Assembly (NCBI GenBank): GCA_030390025.1
Contig: CM059453.1
Location: 7,936,001-8,000,000, forward strand
Reading direction: 5' to 3'
Length of the DNA: 64,000 nucleotides
Source of the DNA: Squalus acanthias
Taxonomy: Eukaryota
Position numbers and translations under genes: made by a program. The notes beneath the pieces were generated by a model that did no database searches, was not told where the DNA came from, and saw nothing but the letters and a program-made list of their open reading frames with translations. Numbering within the stretch: the first letter of the stretch is position 1; every line of letters begins with the position of its first letter. This document shows positions 24,158-38,400 of this stretch, in pieces.

Positions 24158-27100
24158 AAAAATAAGTAATTTGCTCACGAAATTGTAATCGATTTCAGAT
24201 TTAGAATTGTGAAAATGGAAAAGAGTGAGTTGTTCAAACTGCACGAGGCTCATCCGAGGTGCTTTACTGAGATCTATAAGGTAAGGTATCGATTGATCAC
24301 TAACCCCTTCATGGTAGCAGTGATACGGTCCTCTTATCTTCCAACTAATCTGTACTAATTCTGCTTCTCAATCTGATTCCAAATGCGCCCAGTTTGAAGC
24401 TGGACTGTGTTCGAATGAGGTTCCCGTTTGTATCCAGGATTTGATCCCACTGATCAATTTGCAGGCATTTCACCCATAGATAAAAATATCGACGTTGTTT
24501 CCAGCAGCATTAACACACTAATCTGAAAGCTCACGACACACGTCACAGTTCTAGCACTAAAGTCAGAATCTTCATAAACACGTCATTGTAGCAACTCGGA
24601 TCTCAATGAGTTAATTTCAGCAGATTTCATCTCGCTGGACTGTTAATTTAAGCAGCTGAAGTCACTTCTAAAAATGGCACTTTAAAAACTTGAAACTGTT
24701 TACTGATAAACTCTTTCGTATCTTTTGACATTTCAGATACGTGTTGTGTCCCCGAACTTCTGAAGGTGATCAACCCACACGTCTGCAGACAACGGTTACA
24801 GGACTAACCACAGCTTCACACTTCAAACACTCGCAGTTCAAGGGCTGATAAATAGCTTAGTGTTTGGGAGTTGTTTGTCGGGGCTTCTAAAGCTGGTGGA
24901 GAGTCCAGTTTAGATATTGCCATCTGAAGTAACATATACCCTACAATTAGTGTCAGCACCGATTGTAAGAAAATTAGCTGAGCGGGTGAATGATTATTGG
25001 TCGCGTGGACGCTGCAACTTGCCCGTGTGCATTTCACTCTTACTGACTCTCATTCACTTATTTAACATCATTGAGGGAGTGGAAAAACCACGAGGCACTC
25101 CCGAGAAGGCACTGTTTGCTTTCCGGAATTCCCAAACCCAGAGAGAATCCAGAGAAATTGGCATTGCACCGGGACTGCATGTTCAATTTAGTGCGTATAT
25201 ATCCTAGAATGTTAAAAACAGTCACATTCAGAAAGTCACATGGTGTATTCCTGCTGGACAATTATCATCCTCTGTACCGATTGAACATTCCTCAGTTCTT
25301 ATATTGTGTTTCCATTCACTGCCCGATGATATTTTATATGTTGTAACAGCCTTGTACTAACTGGTTTGTAAGCCAGTGATCCTCATCCTGTAATGTGGGC
25401 CTCTGTTGTCTCGTCAGGGCTTCTTCTTTCTCGCTTTACTAAACAGTTTGATTACCTTCCGTTTTCAATTCTGATTAATTCTTTACAAAAAATGTTCACT
25501 GATATCTTCATCCAACAGATAGCGACTGACCTGTTTTGCCTTGTCAACGGTTCCTGGTGCTCTACAAGGCTTTGGTTGCACGGGATGTTCAGGAGCCCTG
25601 ATCTATCTGTCGCGGCTGCCGAGCCCCTCTTCTGGTAAGCTTCAGAAACAGCCGGAGTATTAAATATATTTCCTGTGTGGAGAAGTCCAATTAGTATTAA
25701 TAGAACGCTCAACATATTGTAATGGGAGAGCGCCAGAAAAATAAGCAATTTCCTCAAGAAAGTGTTACGGATTTCAGATTTAGAATTGTGAAAATGGGAA
25801 AGAGTGAGTTGTTCAAACTGCACGAGGCTCATCCGAGGTGCTTTACTGTGATCTATAAGGTAAGGTAGCGATTGATCACTTACCCCTTCATGGTAGCAGT
25901 GATACGGTCCTCTTATCTTTCAAAAAATCTGAACTGATTCTGCTTCATAATCTGATTCCAAATGCGCCCAGTTTGAATCTGGACTGTGTGCGAATGAGGT
26001 TCCCGTTTGGATCCAGGATTTGAGCCCACTGATCAATTTGCAGGCATTTATTCCTGTAGATAAAAATATCCACATTGTTTCCAGCAGCATTGACAGTCCA
26101 ATCTAAATGCTTAATCACACCTCACAGTTCTAGCACTAAAGTCAGAATCTTCATAAACCCGTCATTGTAGCAACTCGGATCTCAATGAGTTAATTTCAGC
26201 AGATTTCATCTCGCTGCAGTATCAGTATAAACTGCTGAAGTCACTTCTAAAAATGGCACTTTACCCACTTGAAACTGTTTACTGATAAATTCCTTTGTAT
26301 CTTTTGACATTTCAGATACGTGTTGTGTCCCCGAACTACAGAAGGTGATCAACCCACACGTCTGCAGACAACGGCTACAGGACTAACCACAGCTTCACAC
26401 TTCAAACACTCACAGTGCAAGGGCTGATAAATAGCTCAGTGTGTGGGAGTTGTGTGTCGGGGCTTCTAAAGCTGGTGGAGAGACGATTTTAGATATTGCA
26501 ATCTAAAGTACCATATACCCTACAATTAGTGTCAGCACCGATTGTAAGACAATTAGTTGAGCGGGTGAATGACTATTGGTCGCGTGGACGCTGCAACTTG
26601 CCCGTAGCATTTCACTCTCACTGACTCTCATTCAATAATTTAATATCATTGAGGGAGTGGAATAACCACGGGGCACTCCTGAGAAGGCACTGTTTGCTTT
26701 CCGGAATTCCCAAACCCAGAGATAGTCCAGAGAAATTGGCATTGCACCGGGACTGCATGTTCAATTTAGTGCGTATATATCCTAGAATGTTAAAATCAGT
26801 CACATTCAAAAAGTCACATGTTGTGTTCCTGCTGGACAATTATCATCCTCTGTACCGATTGAACATTCCTCAGTTCTTATAGTGTATTTCCATTCACTGC
26901 CCGTTGATATTTTATATGTTGTAACAGCCTTGTACTAACTGGTTTGTAAGCCAGTGATCCTCATACTGTATAATGGGCCTCTGTTGTCTCGTCAGGGCTT
27001 CTTCTTTCTCGCTTTACAAAACAATTTGATAATCTTTGGTTTTCAATTCTGCTGTATTCTTCTCCCAAAATATTCACTGATATCTTCACCCCACAGACAG

Positions 27101-29120
27101 CAACTAACCTGTTTTGCCTTTTCAACAGTTCCGGGTGTTCTACTAGGCTTTGTGTGCCCGGGATGTTCAGGAGCCCATATTTATCTGTCGCGGCTGCCGA
27201 GCCCCTCCCATTGTGTGCGTTGGAAAAACCCAGATAATTAAATATCTTTCCTGTGTGGAGAAGTCCAATTAGTATGAATAGAACGCTCAACATATTGTAA
27301 TGGGGGAGCGGCAGAAAAATAAGCAATTTCCTCAGGAAAATATAACGGATTTCAGATTTAGAATTGTGAAAATGGGAAAGAGTGAGTTGTTCAAAGTGCA
27401 CGAGGCTCATCCGAGGTGCTTTACTGAGATCTATAAGGTAAGGTAGCGATTGATCACTAACCCCTTCATGGTAGCAGTGATACGGTCCTCTTATCTTCCA
27501 ACTAATCTGGACTGATTCTGCTTCTTAATCTGATTCCAATTGCGCCCAGTTGGTATTCAGATGATACTAAGATGGGAGGGAAAGTAGTGAGTGAGGAGGA
27601 CATAAAAAACCTGCAAGGGGACATAGACAGGCTAAGTAAGTGGGCAGAGATTTGGCAGATGGAATACAACACTGGAAAGTGTGAGGTGATGCACTTTGGC
27701 AGGAAAAATCCTAGAGCAATTTATTATCTTAATGGCAAGAAACTGGAGAGTACTGAAGTGCAAAGGGATCTGGGGGTCCTGGTGCACGAAACTCAAAAGG
27801 TTAGTATGCAGGTGCAGCAAGTGATTAAGAAGGCAAATGGAATGTTGGCTTTCATTGCTTGGGGGATAGAATATAAAAATAGGGAGGTATTGCTTCAGTT
27901 GTACAAGGTATTGGTGAGACCGCACCTGGAATACTGCATACAGTTTTGGTGTCCTTACTTAAGGAAAGACATCCTTGCTCTCGAGGCAGTGCAAAAAAGG
28001 TTCACTCGGTTAATCCCGGGGATGAGGGGGTGGTCATATGAGGAGAGGTTGGGTAGATTGGGACTCTACTCATTGGAGTTCAGAAGAATGAGAGGCGATC
28101 TTATTGAAACATATAAGATTGTGAAGGGGTTGGATCGGGTGGATGCGGGGAGGATGTTCCCGATGACGGGTGAGACGAGAACTAGGGGACATAGTCTTAG
28201 AATAAGGGGCTGCTCTTTCAAAACTGAGATGAGGAGGAACTACTTCACTCAGAGGGTGGTAGGTCCATGGAATATGCTGCCACAAAAAGCTGTAGAAGCT
28301 ACAACATTAATTAAATTTAAAACAGAAATAGACAGTTTCCTAGAAGTAAAGGGCATTAAGGGTTACGGGGAGCGGGCAGGAATTTGGACATGAGTCTAGG
28401 TTCGGATCGGTCATGGCCCTGTGGGTAGTGGAGCGGGCCCAGGGACTGTGTAGCCTGATTCTGCTCCTATTTTGTGTGTGCAATTCTGTTAGATGCAGGA
28501 GATGGTTCTGTGATAGATAGTAGATTGGCGGTTAGGATCAGATCAGCCGTGATCTTATTGAATGGCGGAGCAGGCTCGAGGGGCCGATTGGCCTACTCCT
28601 GCTCCTATTTCTTATGTTCTTATGTTCTTATGTTCTTATTTCATTCCATTGATCAATCCGCAGAGATTTGTTCCCGTAGATAAAAAAAATATCCACGTTG
28701 TTTCCAGCAGCATTGGCACTTCAATCTAAAAGATCAAGACACACCTCTCAGTTCCAGCACTAAAGTCAGAAATTTTATAATCTCGGATCTCAATGAGTTA
28801 ATTTCAGCAGATTTCATCTCGCTGCAGTGTCAGTATAAACAATTGAAGTGACTTCTAAAAATGGCACTTTACCCACTTGAAACTCTTGAAAGATAAACTC
28901 TTTTGTGTCTTTTGACATTTCAGATACGTGTTGTGCCCCCGAACTACTGAAGGTGATCAACCCACACGTCTGCAGACAACGGCTGCAGAGCTAACCACAG
29001 CTTCACACTTCAAAGACTCGCAGTTCAAGGGCTGTTAAATAGCTCCGTGTGTGGGAGTTGGGAGTCGGGGCGTCGAAAGCTGGTGGAGAGGCTATTTTAG
29101 ATATTGCAATCTAAAGTGCC
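24158..29120 (+). repeat. Tandem triplication of a ~1.58 kb block upstream of Siglec copy B
   Basis: Landmark GATCTATAAGGTAAGG recurs near 24280, 25860 and 27437; block is single-copy at ~8780-10340 and ~55910-57050. Confidence 0.9.
27553..28638 (+). mobile_element. Young 5'-truncated CR1 insertion
   Basis: Uninterrupted 273-aa ORF2 C-terminus (27572-28393), (TTCTTATG)n tail; present only in the third tandem unit. Confidence 0.95.
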
Positions 29121-29326
29121 ACTGCCTGTCCTGTAACTGTACAGATGAATAGGGGGCTGGGTTCATCTCTGCTCAGGGTTAATCAGCAGTAACCGGCCTC
29201 ATTATATCCTGTAACTGAGGGCAAATCACTGATGCACACTGTCATACTCGAAGTGGCTCAGATTTCCAGCAGTTTTAATCGCCAACATTTGAGAAGTGGC
29301 GCAAGCTGTCTGAGCTACCACGGTTC

Positions 29327-29337
29327 CCAATGATTGG
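29327..29337. promoter_or_regulatory. Palindromic double CCAAT box upstream of the Siglec-like leader
   Basis: CCAATGATTGG conserved at 622-632, 10562-10572, 29327-29337 and 55687-55697 (-), 120-155 bp before each ATG. Confidence 0.55.
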
Positions 29338-29487
29338 TGGGTGGCGAACTGCTGACCTCCTAATACTCTGATTCGATTCGCTATGAACTGCAGTCTATTA
29401 CCGACGAATGGAATCTAGAAACCTGATTAATTATATCTGTGATAAAAACAATTTCCGACATTCTGACATCGTCAACCGCCTCCAGTC

Positions 29488-32400
29488 ATGAAGAGTATTA
29501 GATTGATCTCCCTTCTGATATTTAGCGAAGGTATAATATTCATTTTAATAATTAATATAGAAGCGATTTCCATTGTGTGGCAAATCAACACGTTCATTGT
29601 TTGTGGAGATAGTACATGTTTAGTTGGAAATTTACAAATGACTGATTTGCCCATTTAATGTATATTTCATTCGAAAAACTATCTTATATTTTATAAGATT
29701 GATCTAATATTTACTCTATGGTTTATCGACTTTCAATGGAATACTTAATGGAATCTAAAGAGTTTTAATGAAACTTTCACGAGTTTTAATGGATGTACTA
29801 ATGAATTTGTTTGTGGATGTTTATTAAAGGTTAAATTAACAGTATTTAACTTGACGATCAGGGTATGTTTAAATTGCGATATTATTGCGGATTTCATTGG
29901 GTTTTTAATTTCTGTTTTTTCTCCAGTTGTCCATAGTTCACGATGGTCTCTGAAGGTGCCGTGGAAGGTCTCGGCGGTAAACGGGTCATGTGCAGAAATC
30001 CCGTGTACATTTGATTATCCCGCCTATGGCCGCAGTCCACAGGGTATGTGGTTAAAGGGGGGGTCCTAAACCTAGTACCTCAGGGGTGTCGATTATCTGT
30101 GATTCCCGGAATTCAGACAACGTGCCCTTGAACTACAGAGGGCGAGCTCAGTTCACCGGCGAATTTGAAAAGAAACAATGTTCCTTACAGTTAAAGGACA
30201 TCAGGAAGATCGATGAAGGTGTTTATTATTTCAAATTGGAGATCATCAATGCCCAGAATAAGAGAGAAGGATATTCTACCGAATCTAAGGTCACTCTTTC
30301 TATTTTAGGTAGGTTTTTTGATTTGTTCCTTATGTAGTTTATATTCCATCGCGCCAGTGCCATTTAATTTTAGCATAAAATGGGAAGATTTCGTGTTACT
30401 CTTGCCCCATGTCACAGGCTACACCGGCAGGACTGGTCCATTGTGTAATACCCAGGTGTGTGTTATATTTTGACTTGAACTGAAATGGGGCGCTGGCCTT
30501 CATAGTAACTTACAGAAGCACCCTCTGTTGATCAGTCAGTAAGTGCAATACTAGATGGCATTACCATCATTGGTGTCACCATTGACCAGAAACTTAACTG
30601 AACCAGCCACGTAAATACTGTGGCAAAAAGACCAGGTCAGAGGCTGGGTATTCGGTAGCGAGTGTCTCACCTCCTGACTCGCAAAGCCTTTCCACCATCA
30701 ACAAGGCACAAGTCAGGAGTGTGCTGGAATACTCTCCACTTGACTGGATGAGTGTAGCTCCAACAACAATCAAGATGCTCGACGCCATGCAGGACAAAGC
30801 AGCCCGCCTGATTGGCACCCCATCCACCACCTTAGACATTCACTTCTCCACCACCGGCGTACCGTGGCTGCAGTGTGTACCATCTACAAGATGCACTGCA
30901 GCAACTCGCCAAGGCTTCTTCGGCAGCACCTCCCAAACAGGCGACCTCTTCCACCTCGAAGGACAAGGGCAGCAGGCGCATGGGAACACCACCATCTCCA
31001 AGTTCCCCTCCAAGTTACACACCATTCTGACTTGGAAATATATCGCCGAACTTTCATCGTCGCTGGGTCAAATCCATGGAACTGCCTCCCTAACAGCACT
31101 GTGGGAGTACATTCAGCACACGGACTGCAGCGGTTGAAGAAGGTGGCTGACCTCCTCCTTCTCAAGGGCAATTAGGGATGGGTAATAAATGCTGGCCTTG
31201 TCAGCGACGCTCACATTCCATGAATCAATAAAAGTAAAGACCGGTTTGTCAAAATTCAATCCCTCAAGGATGTGGTTAATTAAATCAAGATTTGTACTTC
31301 TAATGGACAGGTCAGAGGACATGGTCAATACTTAGGAGGGATTGCTTCAATCTGATCATTTACAGGCCCCCATATCATAGGGTCGTGTTTCAAATTCTTT
31401 CGGCTAAATCAACTTTCACACCCTTGGCCATTATTTAAATTAAAATCTACTGTAACGCGAATGTCCTTCTCTCCTTACAGATAAACCATGGATATCAGTC
31501 TCTGGGGAATTGATTGCAGGAACGCCAGCAAACCTGACCTGCTCAGTCACCCACAGTTGCCCGTCCGCCAACCTTGAATTGATGTGGACCCATGACAATG
31601 TTGTACCTCCATTTCTGCCAGAGATTAAAACTTCAAAAGGACATGATAACAGTTTCGACGATTCCCAGAAGGTTTCATCCACTTTCAACTTCAGACCATC
31701 ACTGGACCATCATGCGAAGCAGCTGGGATGTAAACTTATAGTCGACGGTGTCACAGCTACTGATGAAGAAACTCTTACACTGGATGTTAAAAGTAAGTGC
31801 CTGCTCTACGCTTCATTCAACCAACTTATTGATGAACCGGTTCAATAGATATCTGTATGCTAAATATAGTGATAGCTCGCCTGGACAATTGAAGTTCTTG
31901 TAAGTCACATTATTTCACATTTGCCCCAGAACCATGGAGTAATATTGGTCACTCCAGGGATGTGGTTTATATGAAAAATAATTGCAAATGCTTCCAACAC
32001 CTGATTTTTGTTCAGCCACAGAGTAACTGGAACATACAGGCCAAGGAGAGTCAATTCATGGTCTGAGCTAACTCACATATATACATAGGTCATACGGCAG
32101 AGAAACAGGTCATTGGGCCCAACCAGTCCATGCCGGCGTTTATGCTCCACTCGAGCCTCCTCCCGTCTTTCCTCATCTAAATCTATCAGCCTAACCCGCT
32201 ATTCCCTTCTCCCTCATATGCTTGTCCACCCTCCCCTTAAATGCATCTATACTATTCGCTTCAACCACTCCCTGTGGTAGCGAGTTCCACATTCTCACCA
32301 CTCTCTGGGTAAAGAAGTTTCTTCTGAATTCCCTATTGGATTTCTTGCTGACTATCTTATATTGATGGCCTCTAGTTATCTTCTTCTCCACAAGTGGAAA

Positions 32401-35400
32401 CATTCTCTCTGTATCCGCTCTATGAATGCCTTTCATAATTTTAAAGACCACTATTAGGTCACCCCTCAGCCGTCTTTTTTCAAGACAAAAAAGACTCAGC
32501 CTGTGCATCCTTCCCTGATATGTATACACTCGCATTTCTGGCATCATCCTTGCAATTCTTCTCTACCCCCTCTCCAGTGCCTCTATATCATTTTTATAAT
32601 ATAGCGGCCAGAATTGCATGCAGTACTCTAAATGTGGTCTAACCGAGGTTCGATATAGATTTAGCATAACTTTCCTACTTTTTAATTTTATCCGTCTCGG
32701 AATAAACCCTAGTGCTTGGTTTGCTTTTTTCTGGTCTTGCTAACCTGTGGCGCAATTTAACTGGGGCGGTGTTCGGGATTCTACAATTAGCCTCACCACC
32801 ACTGTGTAAGAGATGGGAAAGTCCGCCCTACTTATTCTGGGAGGAATGGCCTCTTGGTTGATGTACCGGAGGAATAGAACCTTATGCGGGAAAACATATA
32901 ACTCTTCAAATCCTTGAAGATAAGAAGGAAAAGAAGGCTTAGTTTTGAAATAAGCTTATCATCTAGGGCGTAAAAGTCATGTGCTGCATTTTTAATTCAT
33001 AGTTTACAAGAAAACCAACATATCTAAGTTTAATATTCTTCTTTAGTTGTCACATATATTGTTTTATTTTCCTCATCCGCACTGATAACCGCATTTAGAA
33101 ACAATGGCATTATCTCTTCCAGATGGCCCACAAAAACCAGGCATCAATTCCTCTATAGCGGCAGTGGAAGGGAGCTCTTTATTATTATACTGCACGGCCA
33201 GAGGGACCATACCGAGCAACTTAACCTTGGTCCGAAATGGTGAGGAGATCAGCAAGTCTTCCACTGGTGAACTGAAGCACATATTCCACAACATTAGTTT
33301 TGAATATAACGGTGAATATTGGTGCGTGGCTGATAATAACTTGGGCAAAGCGAACAGCTCCTCACAGATTTCTGTACAATGTAAGTGCTGTGTCAACCTA
33401 TCAAATGTATATTGGGACATCAATCCTTCTTACAGTGATTAGGCCTCGGTGTTTTCCCCCCAGTGTTCACACAACTTTCTCAAAATCCGTAGTAATATTG
33501 CCTGAAATGTCAGTAAAAGGAGAGTTGAACCAAATTCATTGAGTAAAAGACACTTTAAAAAAAAAACTGGACACCCCGATACACAACTCCAGGTAAAATG
33601 TATCTCTGATTGGTTAAAACCAACTGAATGAATATGTGGGATCTCCATATCCCTTGATTCCCCTAGAGTCCAAAAATCTGTCTATCTCAGCCTTGAATAT
33701 ACTCAATGACTCAGCATCCACAACACTTTGGGGAAGAGAATTCCAAAGATTTACTACCCTCTGAGTGAAGAAATTCCTCCTGATCTCAGTCTAAAATGGC
33801 CGTCCCCTTATCCTGAAACTATGCCCCCTAGTTTTCAGCTCTCCGGACAGGGGAAACAATCTTTCAGCATCTACCCTGACAATCCCCCTCAGAATATCAT
33901 GTTTCAATGAGGTCATCTCTCATTCTTCTAAACGCCAGCGAGTATAGGCCCAAACTACTCAATCTCTACTCAAAGGACAACCGACAGATCCCACATGATT
34001 TTCCAGGAAATATATGGATCAATTGACTGCTTGATGCAATTTTATATCTTATTAATTGCCTTGCTAGAAATAGGGGAAAGGAAAGTCTGATGAAGCATGA
34101 AATGAAAGTAACATTGAATGGTTGTAATTAAACTCGTTATGTGCAGTGACCTCTCTTCTTAATCTAATCGCCGAAATTGGTTCTATTTAGACACTGCAAA
34201 CCGCTGCATGGAAACAATTTCACTATGACTTCACTTTTTTTTAGATAAACCGACAGTAGTATCAGGCCCGACCTGCACCAGCTCTGAGAGTGGGGTTCAT
34301 TGTACCTGCAGTGTCAGAGCAAACCCCCCAACAAACATCACCTGGGGCATCAATGGGAGAAACATCACTGTGAACAGTTCAGATATCAATATCCTATCCT
34401 CGGATTTGAATAGTTACCTGGAGCAGAGCTCCCTGACACTGACTCACCCAACTGGAACTGGACACCTGATCTCATGTTTTGGAGTAAATGAGCATGGCGT
34501 TACTGTCGGAAAATACCAGCTCAAAACTGAAGGTATATATTACATTTTACTGTAAAATAAATACGGCGGACGGTTTGGTCCATCACCTGTCAGTGACTAA
34601 CTGAACGGTGTTAATGTCAGCAAATAACAGTTCCATTCGATAGCTGCATGCCAAATCCATTGGTAATTTAAGTCTGAATCCATGGATTTTTGGAGTAGTT
34701 TATGGTCTGGCCAACATCTCGTTGAAAGTTGCGATGGGAATAATGAATGCATTTAAAATCTGTCTCTCATTTCCGGGTCTGTTTATATACTAATTAGGAG
34801 CAGGAGTAGGCCACTCGGCCCCTCGAGTCTGTTCCACCTTTCAATAAGATCATGGCTGATCTGATTACTCCACATTCCCTGCTAACCCCGATAACCTTTC
34901 ACCCCCCTTGCTAATCAAGAATATATCTACCACTGCCTTAAAAATATTCAAAGACTCTGCTTCCACCGCCCTCTGAGGAAGAGAGTTCCAAAGACTCACG
35001 ACCCTCTCTGAGAAAAACATTCTCCTCATCTCTGTCTTAAATGGGCGACCCCTTATTTTTAAACAGTGACACCTAGTTCTGGATTCTCCCACAAGAGGGA
35101 ACATCCTCTCCACATCCACCCTGTCAAGAATCCTCAGGATCTTATATGTTTCTTGTCGCCTTGTTTTTGTCTCGAATGGAAAGGATTAATATAAAGCAAT
35201 AGAAGCGGCCCGCAATCGTTAATAAAACAGAAACTTCTGAATTAATTAAACTCTTTAAGAAGTCAGGTTTCCTCTCAGTCTAACGATAGCCGGCAGCAGT
35301 CTATCATTTAATTGAACTTGTACAGTTTTCGTCTCGTTTTCTGAGGAAGGATATACTTGGAGGCGGTGCGACAAAGATTCAGTAAATTGATACCTGGAAT

Positions 35401-38400
35401 GAGAGAGTTGACCTATGATGTGAGATTGAGCAGACTAGGCCTATACTCTCTGGAGTTTAGAAGAATGAGAGGTGATCTCAGTGAAATATATAAGCTTCTG
35501 AGGCGATTGACAGGGTAAGAACATAAGAAGTAGGAGCAGGAGTCGGCCATACGGCCCCTCGAGCCTGCTCCGCCATTCAATATGTTCATGACTGATCATC
35601 GACCTCAACTCCACTTTACTGCCCGATCTCCAAATAGATGCGGAGCGGTTGTTTCCCCTGGTAGATGTGGAGAGGCTATTTAACCTGGTTTGAGTGCCCA
35701 GAACTAGGGGGCATATTCTCAGGATAAGGCGTGGGCCATTAAAGACTGAGATGAGGAGGCATTTCTTCAGTCAGAGGATTGTGAAGTTTTGGAATTCTCT
35801 ACCCCAGAGGGTTGTGGAGGCTGAGATCGATAGATTTTTGGACTGCAGGAGAATTAAGGGATATGGGGATCGGGCGGGAAAGTGGAGTTGTGGCCCAAGA
35901 TCAGCCATGATCTTATTGAATGGCGGAGCAGGTTGGAGTGGCCGTAGCACCGACTCCTGCTCCTAATTCTTAAGTTATTTTGTTCTTATGAACTTGGTAG
36001 TTTTGAACATTTAGTTCAACTTTTTCACCTCGCTCAATAAAACACTTTTTAGAGCTATTTCAGATAGCCCCTGGATAGTTGTCATGGAGATATTATGAGA
36101 AGATAACATGAGATAATCCTGAAAATTGAGCGAAATATTTGGGATAATTGAAAGAGCAGAAACTAGATTGATTTGAAGTATTGGATAGCAGCCGAACAGA
36201 TCCGAGTGTGCAGCGAGGATATCGGTAGGCTGTCGGGGTTATACCTTGAATCATATATTTAGTCTGATCATTAATCACATGTTTTCAAGGTGGATGGTCC
36301 CATGCAATTCAAACATCGTATCGTTTGAAGAGGAGTCGCGAGTTCTTTAAGGCCCAATTTTGCAAAACATCTCAGTTAGAATCATAGAAATTTACGGCAC
36401 AGAAGCAGACCATTCGGCTATTCGTGTGTGTGGCGGCCGAAAAAGAACTATCCAGCCCAATCCCACTTTCCAGTTCTTGGTCCGTAGCTTTGCAGGGTAC
36501 GGTGCATCAAGTGCATATCCAAGTACTTTTGAAATGCAATGAGGGTGTCTGCATCTATCATTCTTTCAGGCAGTGAGTTCAATTCGCCCAGAACCCTCTG
36601 GGTGAAATAGGTTCCACTCAAATCAACTCTAATCCTTCCACCAATTACTTTAAATCTATGCCCCCTTGTTTTTGACATCTCACCTAAGGGAAATAGATCC
36701 TTCCTATCCACTCTTTCTAGGATCCACATAATTTTATACACGAACAATTTGCATTAAATGAATCAACATGCCTTACCAATGCTGAGATGTGGACCGGGTA
36801 TTGTTTATTTACATTTTCTTATTTTGTTTTCTTTTGAATTTAACATAGGGGAGGTACCAGAGGACTGGAGGTCAGCTAACGTAGTATCATTATTCAAGAA
36901 GGGTAGTTGGGATAAACCAGGGAATTTACAGGCCAGTGAGCCTAACATCAGTGGTAGGGAAATTATTGGAAACAATTCTGAGGGACAGATTTATTCTCCA
37001 ATTGGAGAGCCAAGGATTAATCAAGGATAATCAGCATGGCTTTGTCAGGGGGTGATCATGTCTAACCAATTTGATTGAATTTTTCCGGGGGATGACTTGG
37101 TGTGTGTTTGAGGGTAGTGCAGTTGATGTAATCTACATGGACTTCAGTAAGGCTATGGACAAAGTCCAGCATGGGAGACTGGTCAAGAAGGTAAGAGCCC
37201 ATGGGATCCAGGGCAATTTGGCACATTGGATCCAAAAATTGTCTTATTGGCAGGAGGCAGAGGGTTATGGCTGAAGGTTGTTTTTGTGACTGGAAGCCTG
37301 TGTCCAATGGTGTACCGCAGGGATCGGTGCTGGGTCCCTTGCTGTTTGTAGTGTACATTCATGAATTAGATATGAAATTATGAGGTATGATCAGTAAGTT
37401 CGCAGATGACACGAAAATTGGTGGTGTGGTAAATAGCGAGGTGTGAAGCCTCAGGCTACAGGACGATATAGACGGTTGGTCAGATGGGCAGAACATTGGC
37501 AAATTTAATTTAACCCTGAAAAGTGTGAGGTGATGTATTTTTGGAGGACTAAAAAGGCAAGGGAATAAACAATGAATGGTAGGACCCTATGAAGGACAGA
37601 GTATCAGTGGCACCTTGATGTGCTTGTTCATAGATCCCTGAAGGCAGCAGGACAGTTGGATAAGGTGGTTAAGAAGGCATATGGGATACTTGCCTTCATG
37701 TGCCGAGATATAGAATATTAGAGAGGGTGCAGAGGAGATTCACCAGGATGTTACCTGGGCTGGAGCGTTTCAGCTATGGAGAGACTGGACAGGCTGGGGT
37801 TGTTTTCCTTGGAGCAGAGAAGGCTGATTGAGGTGTCCAAATTATGAGGGGCATAGATAGCCTCGATAGAAAGTAACTTTTCCCCTTAGTAGAGGGATCA
37901 CTAACCAGGGGGCATAATTTCAAGGTAAGGGGCAGGAGGTTTAGAGGAGATTTGAGGAAAAACTTTTTAACCTAGAGGCTGATTGGAACCTGGAACTCAC
38001 TGCCTGAAAGGGTGGTAGAGGCGGGAACCCTCACAACATTGAAGAAGCATTTAGATGAGCACTTGAAACGCCATAGCATACAAGGCTACGGACCAAGTGC
38101 TGGAAAATGGGTTTATAATAGACAGGGCTTGATGGCCGGTGCGGTCACGATGTGCCGAAGGGCCTCTTTCTGTGCTGTATAACTCGATGACTCTATGATT
38201 ATGACTCTATATGGGACAGCAATCTTAAGACAATTATTTCAAATTTACACAGGGGACAAATCCATTGCTGAAATTCAGTGTTAGTCTTTGGAAAGAGAAA
38301 TCAGTTCAAATGATGCTCTCTCTGTGTTGAGGGAACACTGACCAATAAATGAATAAAATATAATAAGGATTTGTAGGGAGATTAGATTTGGGGTCATTTC

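Noticed and set aside
26961-27410. 149-aa minus-strand ORF with dibasic sites resembling a prohormone
   Set aside because: Stops fall at different positions in the sister copies; better explained as a leader-like exon running into intron
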